A model generated the notes under the pieces. It saw only the letters and a list, made by a program, of their open reading frames with translations, was not told the origin of the DNA and searched no databases. This document shows, one piece after another, positions 27,210 through 39,840 of a DNA stretch of 64,000 bases (its first letter is position 1; each line of letters opens with the position of its first letter). Both the position numbers and the translations under genes were made by a program. Origin of the DNA: Phoronis australis (lineage: Eukaryota; Animalia; Phoronida); NCBI GenBank assembly GCA_002633005.1, contig NMRA01000510.1:174595-238594 (forward strand). Reading direction: 5' to 3'.

Positions 27210-28587
27210 CAACGGGGGAATCAACAATTGGCCGGACTTCAAAATCACTTGCCCGGACTTCAAAATCATCTGGCTGGACTGCAAAACAGAATTGCCGGTT
27301 TTCTAACTTGAAGGTCGCCGTTATTTCAAAATGGGTTGACATGTACTGGGATCAAGACCAGCTGGCTGCACCCAAAAATGGTTGGCCGGACCTAAAACGG
27401 GTTGGCTGGTGCTCCCAAACACAATGGCCGATTTTGAGCAAAACAAACAAACGGGTTCAAAAAATAAACACTAGATGTCAGTTGAAGCCTTCGAGACATT
27501 CAAAGCGAGTCGTGTTTGATTTCGGATTTAGGGGGGGCCCAGGGGGCCCGCCCCCCCCCCCCCCCTTGGCTGCCGCAAAAAACAGCAAGAGCGGTAATTA
27601 AAATTATACGGATGAAAAAAGANNNNNNNNNNNNNNNNNNNNNNAAGTATAGGCTCTCCCGCGATATCCCAGGCGACCGGCAGTGGCGCTGCGCACTACG
27701 ACTCAGTTTCCGTCGTCTGCTCCACTGTGCAATGAAGAAAATTTACTTCATTTTTTAAAGAAAATGGAACCTGAGTGACGATGAAAAAAACAGAAGCTGC
27801 TGGTAAGATGTGAATTTTAATCGAAGCCTTAGTGAATCACTCAGAAACTCGCAATACTCTCTTTGTCAAACCTTATGTTAAGACGATTTCCAAAGCAATC
27901 CCGTCATTATTGCCAACACGAAAAACGTATTTGGTCTTTTGGACTATTTTAAATACGACAAATTTGTTAAGAATCGATGGCACAAAACGTGTAATAAGCA
28001 TTACAAAAAGAAGTAGGTTTCGCACGCAAACGCTGTGGACCATAAACAAGTAGGTCTCTATGAGATTAGTAGTAAAATCGTGTTGGTGTAGTGGTAACGC
28101 ACGCGCGCAGTATGCACAAGGTCGTGAGTTCGAGTCTTTGGTACTTGCAGTTTTTCCTGTTTGACACGTTCTCCGTGTTTATTTTTTTTTATTTTCTTTT
28201 TTTTCTTGGATAATACTTCAGGAATCAAGGAAAATGCTTGATTTTTAGAGGTAAAAACAGAAAAATTTCCTCTTCGGGAGGGGGGCAAACCCCCCTCCCG
28301 ACCTTCCCCCTTTCGGTGCTATGCGCATCTACAATCGTGGTTCAGTTTGCGCAAATGTTTACAGCCGGACAAAATGTTGGCCCCCCCTTGTGATATCCTA
28401 GATCCGCCACTGTTTCCAGACAGCTGGTTATAGCACTGGCCGTCGTGTTTTGGTTTCAGCCAACTAGTTTTTTGGGTGATGTCATCGCGTTTTAATCACC
28501 AGCCATTTGGTTCTGTATTCCAACCGACTGATTTTGAAGTCCCGGCAAGGGGTTTTGAAGTCCGACCAATTGGTGATTCCCCCGTTG
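27210..28587. mobile_element. MITE with ~65-bp TIRs (CAACGGGGGAATCA-CAATTGG-CGGACTTCAAAA) hosting a nested ~1-kb family element
   Basis: 27210-27275 is an imperfect reverse complement of 28520-28587. No TSD identified. Confidence 0.75.
27522..28412 (+). mobile_element. Copy 1 of the ~1-kb dispersed non-autonomous element (family R) with an internal tRNA-like module
   Basis: Collinear with 61683-62699; ends gatatcctagatccgccactg; contains the N gap at 27623-27644. Confidence 0.85.
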
Positions 28588-30133
28588 AAGGCGCTGAAGT
28601 CAACTATAGTCTCATGTAGGCCACACGCGTGCATCAGCATCGGGTAGATCTCCGACAAGTAACTTTATCAAATCCATGATCAAATCATAAGTGTGTTTCT
28701 GAAGCTCAGCGCGGTTAACTCTGGTACCCACTGTAGGCTCTACCTCTGCTTCGTGTATGAGCCCTATTGAAATTGCCGGTTGCCAAACTATCAAGCCAAA
28801 ATGTAGACTTGTTGCCGCGTTGATTGCTTACTAATAAATCGTAGTTCCACGTAAAATAGACCAAGTATTGGAGACCGATTAGTTCTCGCGACGTTTATGT
28901 TAACAGAACAGTAGCTGCCGTGGCCGACTTCATAAACAGTAACTTACCTCAGCCACTCTCATTATGCAATTGGACCTACCCAATTAATTATTCACTGATT
29001 TGTTTGCATGAACATTAAAAAAAGATTTATGTTTTGAGAATTAACGATAGGGAGAAACAATCACTGTAAGGTGACTACCCAACCTGTACAACTTAATCTC
29101 AAGCAATAACGAGTTGCTATAGTTCATTCCAAGCCCTGACTCTATTTTAACAAAGCAACTATTAGGGGCTAATTTCTTAAGGGCTAAGCGCTTTAAAATT
29201 TGTTTCTGTCACGGAAACGTGTTTGCAGTCGTTTTAGCTAGCAAGTATCATACAACAACTCCCTCATAGGTATCGTCAATGAGCAAAGGGGGCTCGGGCA
29301 CCCTCGCCATCCTCATTTTCAAACTTATTAAAGGCCAGTATTTAGCTGTGTAGAGGTTCGTTTTGTTTTTGTTCGCACCACACCGCATCCGGGGACCCTC
29401 GACGTGAGCTTACTATCGCTAAATTCATGTACTCTTTCGATGGTTATTCACTGATAAAATGCCAATGTAACTGCACACTACCAGGAAGAGATAACCAGCA
29501 GGAAGAGATAACCAGGAAGGGACAACTGTTTTAGCGCATTTTAACGGATATTCAAAAGTGATTTCAAAAGTAAATGTTAAAGTCGTCTGGAATCCAAGCA
29601 TTGTGTTCGAAAGCTTAACTCTTTAGCTATAAAATGACACCACTTTGGTCCCCAAAGACTGCATATTAATGTCACTAGGATGCCTTGAACATGACTTGTT
29701 TTACTCTTAAAAAGATGCCTCTTCCCAGGCATGTACTCGGGCATGATCCTCTTTTTTTGAACCAACAGATGTCACTTATATATGCAAATGAGGCTCGCAT
29801 CTCCTACGTCATATGACGTCATACGATGTCATACGACGCGAACTTCCAATTTGAACCGTCCGGTGCCTATGAGCGATGAATGAGTTGAAACGCAGTTCTA
29901 CCTGATTGGGCAGATCTAAGAAAATTAAGAACTCACACAAGTCAATGTTCAAAGAACATTGAATGGTTTCACATGAAAATACATTTAATTGTATTTGGAT
30001 ACGCTTGCATATGTGTAAGCGAGGACTTCGTCTCTTTGCTTAAATCCAGATTTAGAAGCAGGTGTTAGTCAAGAAATTAGCTGCTCCCGCCACGGGTGGC
30101 AGGTGTCTTAGCGTCCGAGTCGCCGGGAAGTCT

Positions 30134-30243
30134 GATCCATGCATGCGCAATTCGACGAACTAATGCTAGTCGCTGGTCAGCTCCGCTATGATCCATGCGC
30201 AATTCGAAGAACTAATGCTAGTCGCTGGTCAGCTCCGCTATGA
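30134..30243 (+). repeat. Tandem duplication, ~52-bp unit x2
   Basis: catgcgcaattcga-gaactaatgctagtcgctggtcagctccgctatgat occurs twice. Confidence 0.9.
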
Positions 30244-31050
30244 TTCAGTTGAGACGTGCGGCTTAGCTCGAACCTATACCCGTGTTCTGGCTCCAAGGTC
30301 GTTCTGTTTGACCCAGTTTCTGGAAAAGTTTATTTTAATACGGTCATTTCCTGAAGATTTTTTTGAAAGATATGATCCCAAAATCCTTGGCTTATAGAGC
30401 TGTTGAAACACAGCCACTGGTCCAGCTTCTGCCGCCGGGCGGCTGGGGAAAATCATGCTATGGAACGCGTGTCCCAAAAATGCACACACTTCAACTCCTG
30501 CAGTTCAAGTTCTTTTCCCGTCAATCACTGTGCGCGGATTCTACGCGGGCAGCCAACACCTTATTTTTAACGTGGGTGCGTCACTGAGTCACGACGACGT
30601 GTCCAGCCTTTGCAGTATGCACGGGAATGTCAAGCAAACGATTCGGTTTAGAAGAACCTAAATTCATCAAGTTGCACAATACTACTGGGAACTACAATCA
30701 TCAAGGAAATGCAAAGACAATCTTTCCAAATTTACGAGCAATGACTTGAATTTTTTTTCGATCCGATCTACAGTTTGTAAATTTTTGAATTTCTTTAGTC
30801 TAGTTTTTTTAAAATTCAATACATTCATGAATATCACTGTTGTCGTTTAGAGTCCTTCTTTGCGATATGGTGGTCTGATGATGGTTCGAATTTTTGCAAG
30901 TCCGTCCTTCAGCCTTCAACTAAGTTCAGTGACGCATCGCCATTTCTTACATGACAGCTCCTGTGCTGTGCACGAATGTTTTGTGTTTTTGATGAATTTG
31001 AAATCTCAACTTCCCCTCGTGAGTAGTTGGCAGTGTCATGTCGGAGGTGT

Positions 31051-31119
31051 ATAGAGGGCGCAGCACTGAAAAAGTAGAGGCTAAAGCCCCTTCAGCCCCC
31101 CTGCAGTGCACCGCCTATG
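31051..31119. mobile_element. Tiny MITE, same family as 8276 and 23684
   Basis: gcgcagcactgaaaaagtagaggctaaagcccc...tgcaccgcctatg. Confidence 0.55.
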
Positions 31120-31147
31120 GACCACTGAAAAACTTGAAGTGAATAAA

Positions 31148-32591
31148 AGGAGAAGGCCACCCGATTTAATTAGTCTTTTTTTGCCTTATTAATTGGTCTA
31201 TATCCACATCGCCTCGTACACGGTCGACCTTATCTTGCCAAGAGGTGTCTCGTTAACCTGAGAGGAAGGTGAGAAACGACGCTAGCGACGTCAGTGGTTC
31301 ATCTGCACTAAATGAGAGTGAATGCCTTATGTTGCGGTGCATCGTCCCCGCTTGTGCGAGCTATGCAGCTGCGAGGAAAGCGGGAATATCGTTTTTTCGA
31401 CTTCCTCGAGAGTCTGAAATGTTTAGGAAGTGGATCGCAGTAGTGAAGAATGAAAAGTACGCTGAGGCCGTGGAACATCTCCTTGTCTGTGGCCTGCAGT
31501 GGTCGACAGCCGAGTGAGTGCCTGGCGAATCGCAGCTTGCCAAATAACTATCCCTACGTTCCGTTGTCTGAGCTTGTTCACGGCGCCTCTTTAGTATTTC
31601 TTCATCACTGTATTCCTGTTCGAACTGATAGCCTGTGAAACCTAACGATCCACCTGCGAAGTCTTCGTCGGGACTGATGAGCTCTCGTCTAAGTCGCGGG
31701 GGATTGCGAGTTGCCATGTTGACGTTTATCACTGAGCGTTCTGTTTCAAAATGAATTATTCTCACCCTAACCAATACTTATATAAAACTGAAACAAAGTC
31801 TGTCTCATTAGATGCAATTTGTAATGCCTTTGGAGTGTTCCTGAGTGCAAACATGATTTGAGAAGCCAGCAATGAATAAATCCNNNNNNNNNNNNNNNNN
31901 NNNNNNNNNNNNNNNNNNNNNNAATCACGTGCACATTACTTTGGCTCACTAGTATAGTATTTTCCTGTCTCGAAGTTTAGTTTCCAACTTTGGCTGGTTT
32001 ATGTTCGTGATGTCTGATCAGTTTCCGAGCCACTGGTCGGGATAACGAGTCAATCCGGCCGGTTGCGACGGGCCTGACCGGGCTCCGAGCCACTGGCCAG
32101 GATAACGAGCGTTTTGCGTGTTTAGAACTCAAAAAATCACAATTCTAAACAACACAGACTAGGTTCTCCTGTCTGTATCTCACGAAAAATACTTCGAATT
32201 TATCTCCGAAAAGACCCCAAACTCCTGCTACGGACCTTATTGGAATGCCGAGCCGTTGTAGGCTACGGCCGTGTCCAAAGACCAATAAATCCGTAACAGC
32301 GAAATAAAATAACACGTTTTTATACGAACTCTGTGTATTTTTAAGGGTTTTACATCGAAGTTTGATGATTTATTGGTGTAAAACGATGAATTCAAGCGAT
32401 AAGCTGACACCAGTAACCTGCGTTGGGAACTGGTGAACAGACTGCGTGTGGACCCAATTACGTCACTGGATAATTTCAAAACGTCAGTCTGCCGTCAGGT
32501 GTCAGGTAACGCAACTGCGCGTGCCGTTATGGAGTAGAACTACTCGATCTAAATTGATACAAATTAGGTTGTTTTTGGGTGGCATTCTCCT
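31148..32591. mobile_element. Kolobok-type deletion derivative: THAP on plus, KolX-like N-terminus on minus
   Basis: 15-bp TIR AGGAGAA(G/T)GCCACCC, flanked by TAAA (left) and TTAA (right). Plus: MLRCIVPACAS...GISFFRLPRE...KWIAVVK...LLVCGLQW (THAP with the terminal His lost). Minus: MATRNPPR...GFTGYQFEQEYSDEEILKRRREQ. Spans the gap at 31884-31922. Confidence 0.75.
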
Positions 32592-34670
32592 TTAATACGC
32601 TCCGCAAAATTTTTGCTGTACAAATTTTCTCGAATTTTCGAAATACATTTATGGTTAAGTGCATATTTTCAAGAGCGCTTAGACGACCTATGCTGCAAAA
32701 ACGGAGACCCTAACAATTGTCCTGGTCAGGGCCCTCAAATGGTAAACCATACACTGATACCGAGTTTCCAAAGTTCTCTTGAGTTTTCTCTCTGATCAGT
32801 ATTCGAAGTCTTTCCTTTTTATCTTTCCCCATCCCCACACCTTTGTCGGTTGCCATGGTTTAACCCTGAGGCATGCAATTTTTTGGGGTGGCACTCGCCC
32901 TCCCCCGCTTACTAAGGTCCTGTTGCAAGGAGTCCATCGTTTGTCCAAGGTCAATGTTGTGTTTCAACACGCACTCGTTGTATAGCTTGAGCATTAAATT
33001 AAAGATTTAAGACATACAGGAGCAGTTTTGCGCATTTAATTGTGCGTGTAAAAGGTTTTATGGATTCGTACCGAATTTGTTGCTGCAACTTGTCTCATGG
33101 GCCTGTACCCGGCGCGTGATCACAAATGTGGACACTAATTCGGCTATTGCGCAAGTCGACTGTAGCAAGGTGGCCAGTGAAAATGTAAGGCAGTAGGCCA
33201 GTGGGCGTGTGTGCTTTCTAGTCTCTTATTATGAAAACCATTGAAGGCAATTATCAGCACCTGCAAACAAGAATTTTGAAGTATGGAGAATTTCAACAGG
33301 AGTTTGCTGTAGACTTAGTCGCGAAGCTGCAGACATTCCAGCCACGGTTACTGCCGGTCCTTCGAAGCAATTATAGCACATATATACGATTTTTTAAGAA
33401 TGGCAAGGGTGCGTTTTGTGTTGACGGAAATGTTCATTGCGTCGAGGAATCTGAGGCATTTAATGATGAACAACTGTTGTGGCTTAAGTTGGAAAAACAC
33501 TTAGCAAAACTAATTTCCAAGTATGCATACTGTGGCGGAATTAAGAAATACGATTATGGCAGTGCTAACTGTAGCAGAGCCACAAAGTGTGCTAAAATGG
33601 TAGGAAATTAGGCATAACACTTCTGTAGCTATTAAAAGGTTTATTGGCGCAGGAAAAGGCCGAGGTCTTCAATGCTCAGAAAGATTTCGACAGGCAAGAG
33701 ACTTGCCAAGAAAATGACACAGTTGAGTCCGGGCATTCTAAAGGAAAGAACTGCAGCCAATTCCAGTTACTCTGTGCAACTTCTATCACCCGACGGCGTT
33801 GTTTCACGATACCGCAACCTCAAACAACGTCAAAGAAACGAAACGCGTAGGGTGAGATATTTCAGAGTATTAATATTTATTCTTGGATACAGGTGTCCAA
33901 TTCAAAATGAATAACCCACGGTCATTCTTTATGCCGATAGCAATGTTTTCGCCAACTGAAGAAGAACAGGAATCATAGACATCCCGCGCGCTCCGTCTAT
34001 GGTTCTGACACTTCAAACTTTCAACACGATAGGTATAGCCGCAGAAAGTTCGATGTTGACCTCATTCTAATCTTCTCTGCAATCCACAGTCTGGGGACGA
34101 AAACAATTCAAATTCGCTCCTCGCAATAGGGCTTGCTTAGCTGGAATTCAGAACTGCGGTCATGAGAGTGTTTTCACTTCCTGATTGCGAAGCGATCGAG
34201 TTAGCTGTGGTATCTTCATCAGCGCGTGCTCTCAGCGGGAGGTCACCGCTTTATGCACTCAAGCGGTCGACAACAACTAAATAAAACTGACGAGAGTCTC
34301 AGAACTCCCACAAGCAAATTTGATATGCAAATAAGGGAGTACTTGACTACTGCGCCATCTATACATCGACGGAAAAGCTTAAATACCCGTGACTGCGTGT
34401 GGGAAATTGCGATTGCGTGCGCTGAATTCGATATTTTCAAAGTACAATTATACCACTGTTTAAGGTTGAAAAGTGAGTTTTTTTGATATCCTTCTATAGA
34501 AAAAGCTTTAATCTCTCTGATAAAATCACCTGTTTCCTTTTAAACGAAACTTAAGTCCTGAAATTAGTCCGGGGAAGGAGGCCAAAAACGGCGGTTTAGC
34601 TAGTTGTCCCTTCCTGGTTATCTCTTCCTGACACTACTAAGTCCGGTTGGATTTCTGTGTCTGACCAGTG

Positions 34671-34744
34671 GTCCCGATGGCTCAGTGGCTAGAGCGACAG
34701 CACGGTTAGTTGAAAGTCCTGGGTTCGAATCCCGGTCGGGGACA
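34671..34744 (+). pseudogene. tRNA pseudogene or tRNA-derived SINE head
   Basis: Cloverleaf-like: GTCCCGA acceptor, A box TGGCTCAGTGG, T arm CTGGG-TTCGAAT-CCCGG. However, the anticodon loop ACGGTTA lacks U33, GGT is an unusual eukaryotic anticodon, and the acceptor stem has an extra G. Confidence 0.7.
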
Positions 34745-34884
34745 GGAATCTATTCGGACTTATATACATTAGGTCACGTGATGTGATCAAAAAGACGTCG
34801 GATAGACTATTTGCACAAAATCAGGTTCATCACATACTGGCCAATCAGAGAACCACAATTTATGACGTTGCATTTTACGCACAG

Positions 34885-35480
34885 CACTCGCTGGTTCCCT
34901 GCGTGCTTAGCCCAGCCAGCACGCAGGTATCACGCAGTGGCACGCGCTTTAGCATTGGTCGATGTAATCTTGGCAGTAATTGGTTAGCTTTACAACACCT
35001 TGAAAAAATGGCGGGCTGTGAACGATTTTTAGCCTTGTCATGCAAGTGGCGTCGCAGCAACTATTTCGTTTCTGCAGTGATGTTTAATAGCCGCGTGCTT
35101 GAAACACATACATGCACAATAAACACACATTATGTGGCCGATTTAACCGGTGTGTTATTCATAGTGTATAAGGACATTATCGTAAACAAAAGTCATCGAC
35201 AGTAGAAAGATGCATTCCGAAAAGGCTCAGTCACAATTTCTAGGCTTCACATTTCCTGAACATAAATTTTAAGCAGAGATTTGTCTGTACAACAGACCAC
35301 ATTTACACTTCAGTCCATCAGCCATATGCCAGTTTGTTTGCGCAAAGCGCTGCCTGTTGACGAATCGACTAGCCAATCAGAAACGCCGGTGTAAAAAAAT
35401 TTACAGAGGAAATTTAAGTGATACCTGCGTGCTGGCGCGGCTACCGCCCCACCTAGCGGCACGCAGGGAACCAGCGAGCG
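34885..35480. mobile_element. 596-bp MITE with a CAC terminus and 5-bp TSD (Transib-like)
   Basis: TIR CACTCGCTGGTTCCCTGCGTGC / GCACGCAGGGAACCAGCGAGCG, a second inverted block ccagcacgcaggtatcac, and CACAG duplicated at 34880-84 and 35481-85. Confidence 0.8.
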
Positions 35481-36345
35481 CACAGCAGTGCCAGCATCTA
35501 CCAGTAAACATTAGAAGCTTCGGCTACGGGGCATACCTGAGACGCAACATCTTTTGTAGGGTAACCAATGTCATGTTCCAAGCACCCCAGTGCCACTAAT
35601 ACGTCCTCTTCAGTTACCAGGTTGACGTCATTTTGTCGGTAGAGATTTCAACTTGCAATTACAATGATTGGATTGCGGACAACTTGAACAATAACGTGTG
35701 TAGTGACATTTAAAACACATTAAAATGCGTCATAGCAGACACCACTCCTGGAAATTTCTTCCTGATAATTTGCTGCCTTTCACATTGTGTGATATTGTCG
35801 ATGCGCCCTGTTAATTGTCGATAATATACAACTATGAACCGAGACCCAGGACAAAGTTAGGCCTGTTACGGGCAACATTATTATCCTGATTGATTGCTCT
35901 ATTGTACTGCCATCTCCTGCTTGTTAACCTTATTTAAGGAGCTTTTGGTTTCTGCTCTCAGTCCGCTCGTTCTTGATACGATGCGAGCCATTTGGGGGGC
36001 TTGGAAAGTGACATGTTACGACTTGTCGGGCGACATCATCAAATATAGGAAGTCACCATACAATCAGAGGATATGAGTATCAGCGGTTGTTTAAAGTGTA
36101 CGGCAACCCCTTTTCATGTCATTTTTAGTGGAAATACTACACTACTCCGCAAGTGACGTTTAGGGGGTTAAGAATTTCCGGCCATTACGTTTCTAGTGTG
36201 TTCGAGTTACTGTGAGGATCTGTTCTACTGTTGTTTTTGTGCTGGTTTTCTAAAATTGTTGTCATGACTTCCCAACGACAAGTATTCTACGACAAGCTAG
36301 GTTTTTAGAGAACTCAGTTACGTTGAATTTAGGATTTTTTTAGCT

Positions 36346-37273
36346 TGTAGAGCAGTGGATGGAATAAGATAGAATACATACGGCTGTCGAGAGAGATGAG
36401 GCAGACACTGAGGACAGGCGTGGTGGGATGTCTTGGTGCAAATGCAAGGTGTGCTCTGTGTGGTATATCAATGCGTGTTGTGGCCGATAAATGGCGCGCA
36501 CGTGGGAACAAGTAAAACAACACACGAATACTTTAACAATAGAATACGTCTATTAATTTGCAGCGTTGTGATTTACAAACAATAGATTACAATAAGTTGT
36601 GAGACTGACGACTAACTGATTGAGACAAGATATCCCTACTGGAAAAACTACTAATCAACCAGTGCCACTGGTTCCCATAGCTACCGCACACGCTAACACA
36701 AAATAAGTCACAACAGAATTAACCCTCTAGAACAATCACTAGCCGGTTCAAATTGACTTAACAGGCTGAGACCAACGCCCGTGATAAATCTCTATACCTC
36801 AGTTGTTTTTTCCCTTGACTCTTTGGTCACAGAAGTTGCTCGTCTGGCCCCGGCTTCGTCTCAGTAGTCTGAGCTTGTCTTCCAGCTCTGGAGTCGTGCC
36901 CCGTAGTCTGAAGTTGTGATCTATGGTGGATCCAGTCTGCCCTGGTTTCGAGAGCCAGTGCTTTAAATACTAAACTAAGTGGCATCACGCGATGGACCCA
37001 CTCTGTATGTACATATATGTCCATCTCTCTATGACGAGCTAAATATAACGAGCTAACTGACCACGCGATGGACCCACTCTGCGTGTACATATATGTCCAT
37101 CTCACTATAACTCAAAATTCTTGCATAGCTGCCACTATTCCTGTATTATTGCATAACTGCCACTATTCCTGGGTTTTCAACATCAGAGTACTATTCCTGG
37201 ATTTAACTATCACAGAGGTAGCATATCCCCTGAAATTTATTGCACATGGAGGGCATAGCCTTATTATATTACA
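36346..37273 (-). mobile_element. Putative solo LTR nested in the Kolobok copy
   Basis: TGTA...TACA ends, an internal 50-bp direct repeat (cacgcgatggacccactctg... at ~36986 and ~37062), non-coding. No matching TSD. Confidence 0.35.
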
Positions 37274-37279
37274 ACTGTT

Positions 37280-37690
37280 CAGAGGCGGATCTAGGATATC
37301 ACAAGGGGGGCCCAACATTTTGTCTGTAAACATTTGTGCAAAGCTCGATTGTAGTTGCGCATATCACCGAGTGGAAGGAGGTCGGCAAATTTTTCTGTTT
37401 TTTCCTCTAAAAATCAAGCATTTTCCTTGATTCCTGAAGTATTATCCAAGAAAAAAATCCAAAAAAAAATAAATAAAACACAAAGAACGTGTCAAACAGG
37501 AAAAACTGCAATTACCACAGACTCGAACTCACGACCTGGCGGATAGAGCGCGCGTGCTTTACCACTACATTACCACGATTTAACTCCTAGTCTGATACTA
37601 AGAGATCTACTTGTTTATGGTCCACAGCGTTTGCGCGCGAAACCTACTTCTTTTTGTAATGCTTATTACACGTTTTATATTTTGTGCAAT
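37280..37690 (-). mobile_element. Copy 2 (partial, inverted) of family R
   Basis: cagaggcggatctaggatatcacaagggggg...gcgaaacctacttctttttgtaatgcttattacacg, the reverse complement of the right part of 61683-62699. Confidence 0.85.
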
Positions 37691-39120
37691 CGGTACTCCA
37701 AAGCGCGCGTGAAACAATAATGAGTGCATCCCGCTATGCAGCAACAGTTCGGCCTGTTGACTGACTCGTAAACGAAAGCAAAGGACGACTGAACTTATCA
37801 CAACCGAGGTAGAACAATGACTGACTCGACAGCTCTCACAGCCAGACTAAATGAAATGAAATTGGCGCCAAATTCTTGTCTCCCAAAACGTCACTTCTGG
37901 AGTAGAGGGCGAGTAAATAATTAAATTACGAAAAGGTGTAATTAAGTGAAAAATATGTCTGGGATAATCAATGAACCTTATTTTTGCTAAAAATGACATG
38001 AAAAAGGTTGCCTTTGCCTTTACTAATGTCCTGTGTTCAGCACCTCTGGTGTGTACTTGAATTGGTGTAGCTTCACAAATATGAAGTATAAACGGTTTCT
38101 GCTGTGTAGTCTTATTAATTGAGCTAAACGTATTTGCTCCAACACTAGAATACTGGATTAAGAAATTCCCTTCATTAAGTCTACTGTCATGAATAATGGT
38201 TTTCCATTGAATTTTATACAGTCGTGTACTGACAAAGTTATTCCTATTTCGGGTGACGTGGAATATATGGTCCTGAGAGACAAAAGTATTATTTTGCAAC
38301 AGCAGTATCTTGCTTAAAAGGCAGTTAATAATATTAGTGTATCTACAGTTTATGCCCAAAACTGAACTGATTGTTGTACGAAAACCGTCTTGTAGGTTAT
38401 CATTGCTCTCAAAACTTAATCATCCCTTGTCACCACTGTAGAGGCCTAATGTTCTATCTATTATATGAAATGCATCGTTTGCACAAACTCCATCTCCTTC
38501 GCTACACCACAGAACTTCGTTGCGCCCGTTTCAGCACCGCCTGGGTCCCAGGTATTGCACCGGCCCCCTATTTGGATTCGAGGTGCTCTATTTTTTTTCT
38601 CGTAGACGCTGAGGGAGTGTGGCCACTTTCGTACTGGGCTTGGTGACGTCAGTCCGTTGGCTGAACGGCCTGGGTGACCTCACTCAGTCGGCTTAATTTC
38701 ACTCCCTCCAGCTTCTGTCGCGCATACAATTCATCGGCCCTGTAGCCGCCAAAATTTAATGATGCCTCATTAAAAAATTTTTACTCTTCCTTGAGTAAAC
38801 TAAATTTCTTACCGGTGTTGAAAAAATTGGCGTTATACAGCTATTCTGCTGCTAAAATTTTGATGCGCTCTTTTTGGGCGCCATTGCGTCACCTATTGGC
38901 CAAATTCCAAGTTCTTCAATCAACTGTGATGTTGCGTACATGTCATAACAATCGGAAGTGGTTTCATTTTGATACATGTTTTTAATATTTTAATACCAGA
39001 AAACACAATTTCAGATCAAAATCTCGAGTGATATCACAAAAGTTTAGGAAATGGCGCGGGCGTGCACGTGTCACTGTCAGAATATAGTCTGACAGTATTT
39101 TTACTTGCATTGTTTTGTTT

Positions 39121-39840
39121 TGTTATTCTGTTTGATTGGCATGACCCCTGAGTTAAGTACAGTGATGATGTAATTTGTTTACTACAAAATAGTGTGGAAC
39201 TTTCTAGAAGACTCTAGCATGACAGTGATTAATGCAATCTGGAATATTCTAGAGACTAGTACATGTTTGTAGAATTGTTGAGTAGATTCAGGAAAGTTCT
39301 AGAATGTGCTTGAATTGATGAAAAGTTCCAGAACAATGCATTGGGCTATAAATACACAAGCACGGGTTTGTGTTAGTCAGTTGAGTACGAAAAGATCACG
39401 TCAGTTCAAGAGAAGATCAAGTCAATTCAAGTAAGTTAATCAGGAGAACTAGAGTTGAGTTGCAGTGAAGAGAATCAGCAGTTACAGCGATAGTTAATAG
39501 AGAGCCAGCTATTCACCTATTTCACGAAAGCGCCATCTTCCCGCGCCATCTTTAAATACTGATCGAAAACGAGGCACTCTGATAAAACCTCGTGAGTGAT
39601 CATCAGCTGGCCATGGTGTACTGTGCAGTGCCTGAACGTACCAATTCCAGTAATATCTCGTCGGTATCCTTCCCAGGGATATACTTAGCCATTAGTTCGC
39701 CCAGTCGCCAATGCGAGTAAAAATGGTGCTGGGCGAGTAGAAGTTGACTTGCCGGTCGCCCGGTGGCGAGCGAATTTCAGAGCGCAAAAGCACTATATAT
39801 CGTTTCCCAGATGAATATGAATAATTTTCCTCCTCCTTGT
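39121..39840 (+). promoter_or_regulatory. Probable LTR/promoter with a heat-shock-element cluster, TATA box and Inr; the right end is lost in the gap
   Basis: Four nGAAnnTTCn arrays (ggaactttctagaag ~39196, ggaatattctaga 39241, ggaaagttctagaat 39291, gaaaagttccagaac ~39320), TATAAATA at 39347, TCAGTT at 39377. Confidence 0.6.

Larger units (their letters stand above)
36095..38019 (-). mobile_element. Second copy of the Kolobok family seen at 19888-21160, with nested insertions
   Basis: Left end TTAA|AGTGTACGGCAACCCCTTTTCATGTCATTTTTAG; right end CATGAAAAAGGTTGCCTTTGCCT|TTAC. 37691-38019 aligns with ~20830-21160 and encodes (R)PNCCCIAGCTHYCFTRAL on minus, with the ATG mutated to AGG. Confidence 0.7.

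Noticed and set aside
29577-30480. Possible further Kolobok/THAP element (TTAA|AGTCGTCTGG..., FPEDFFERYDPKILGL)
   Set aside because: No matching right terminus and no THAP cysteines found.
34671-34744. Functional tRNA-Thr(GGT)
   Set aside because: No U33, a mismatched anticodon stem and a bulged acceptor stem; kept as a pseudogene or SINE head.
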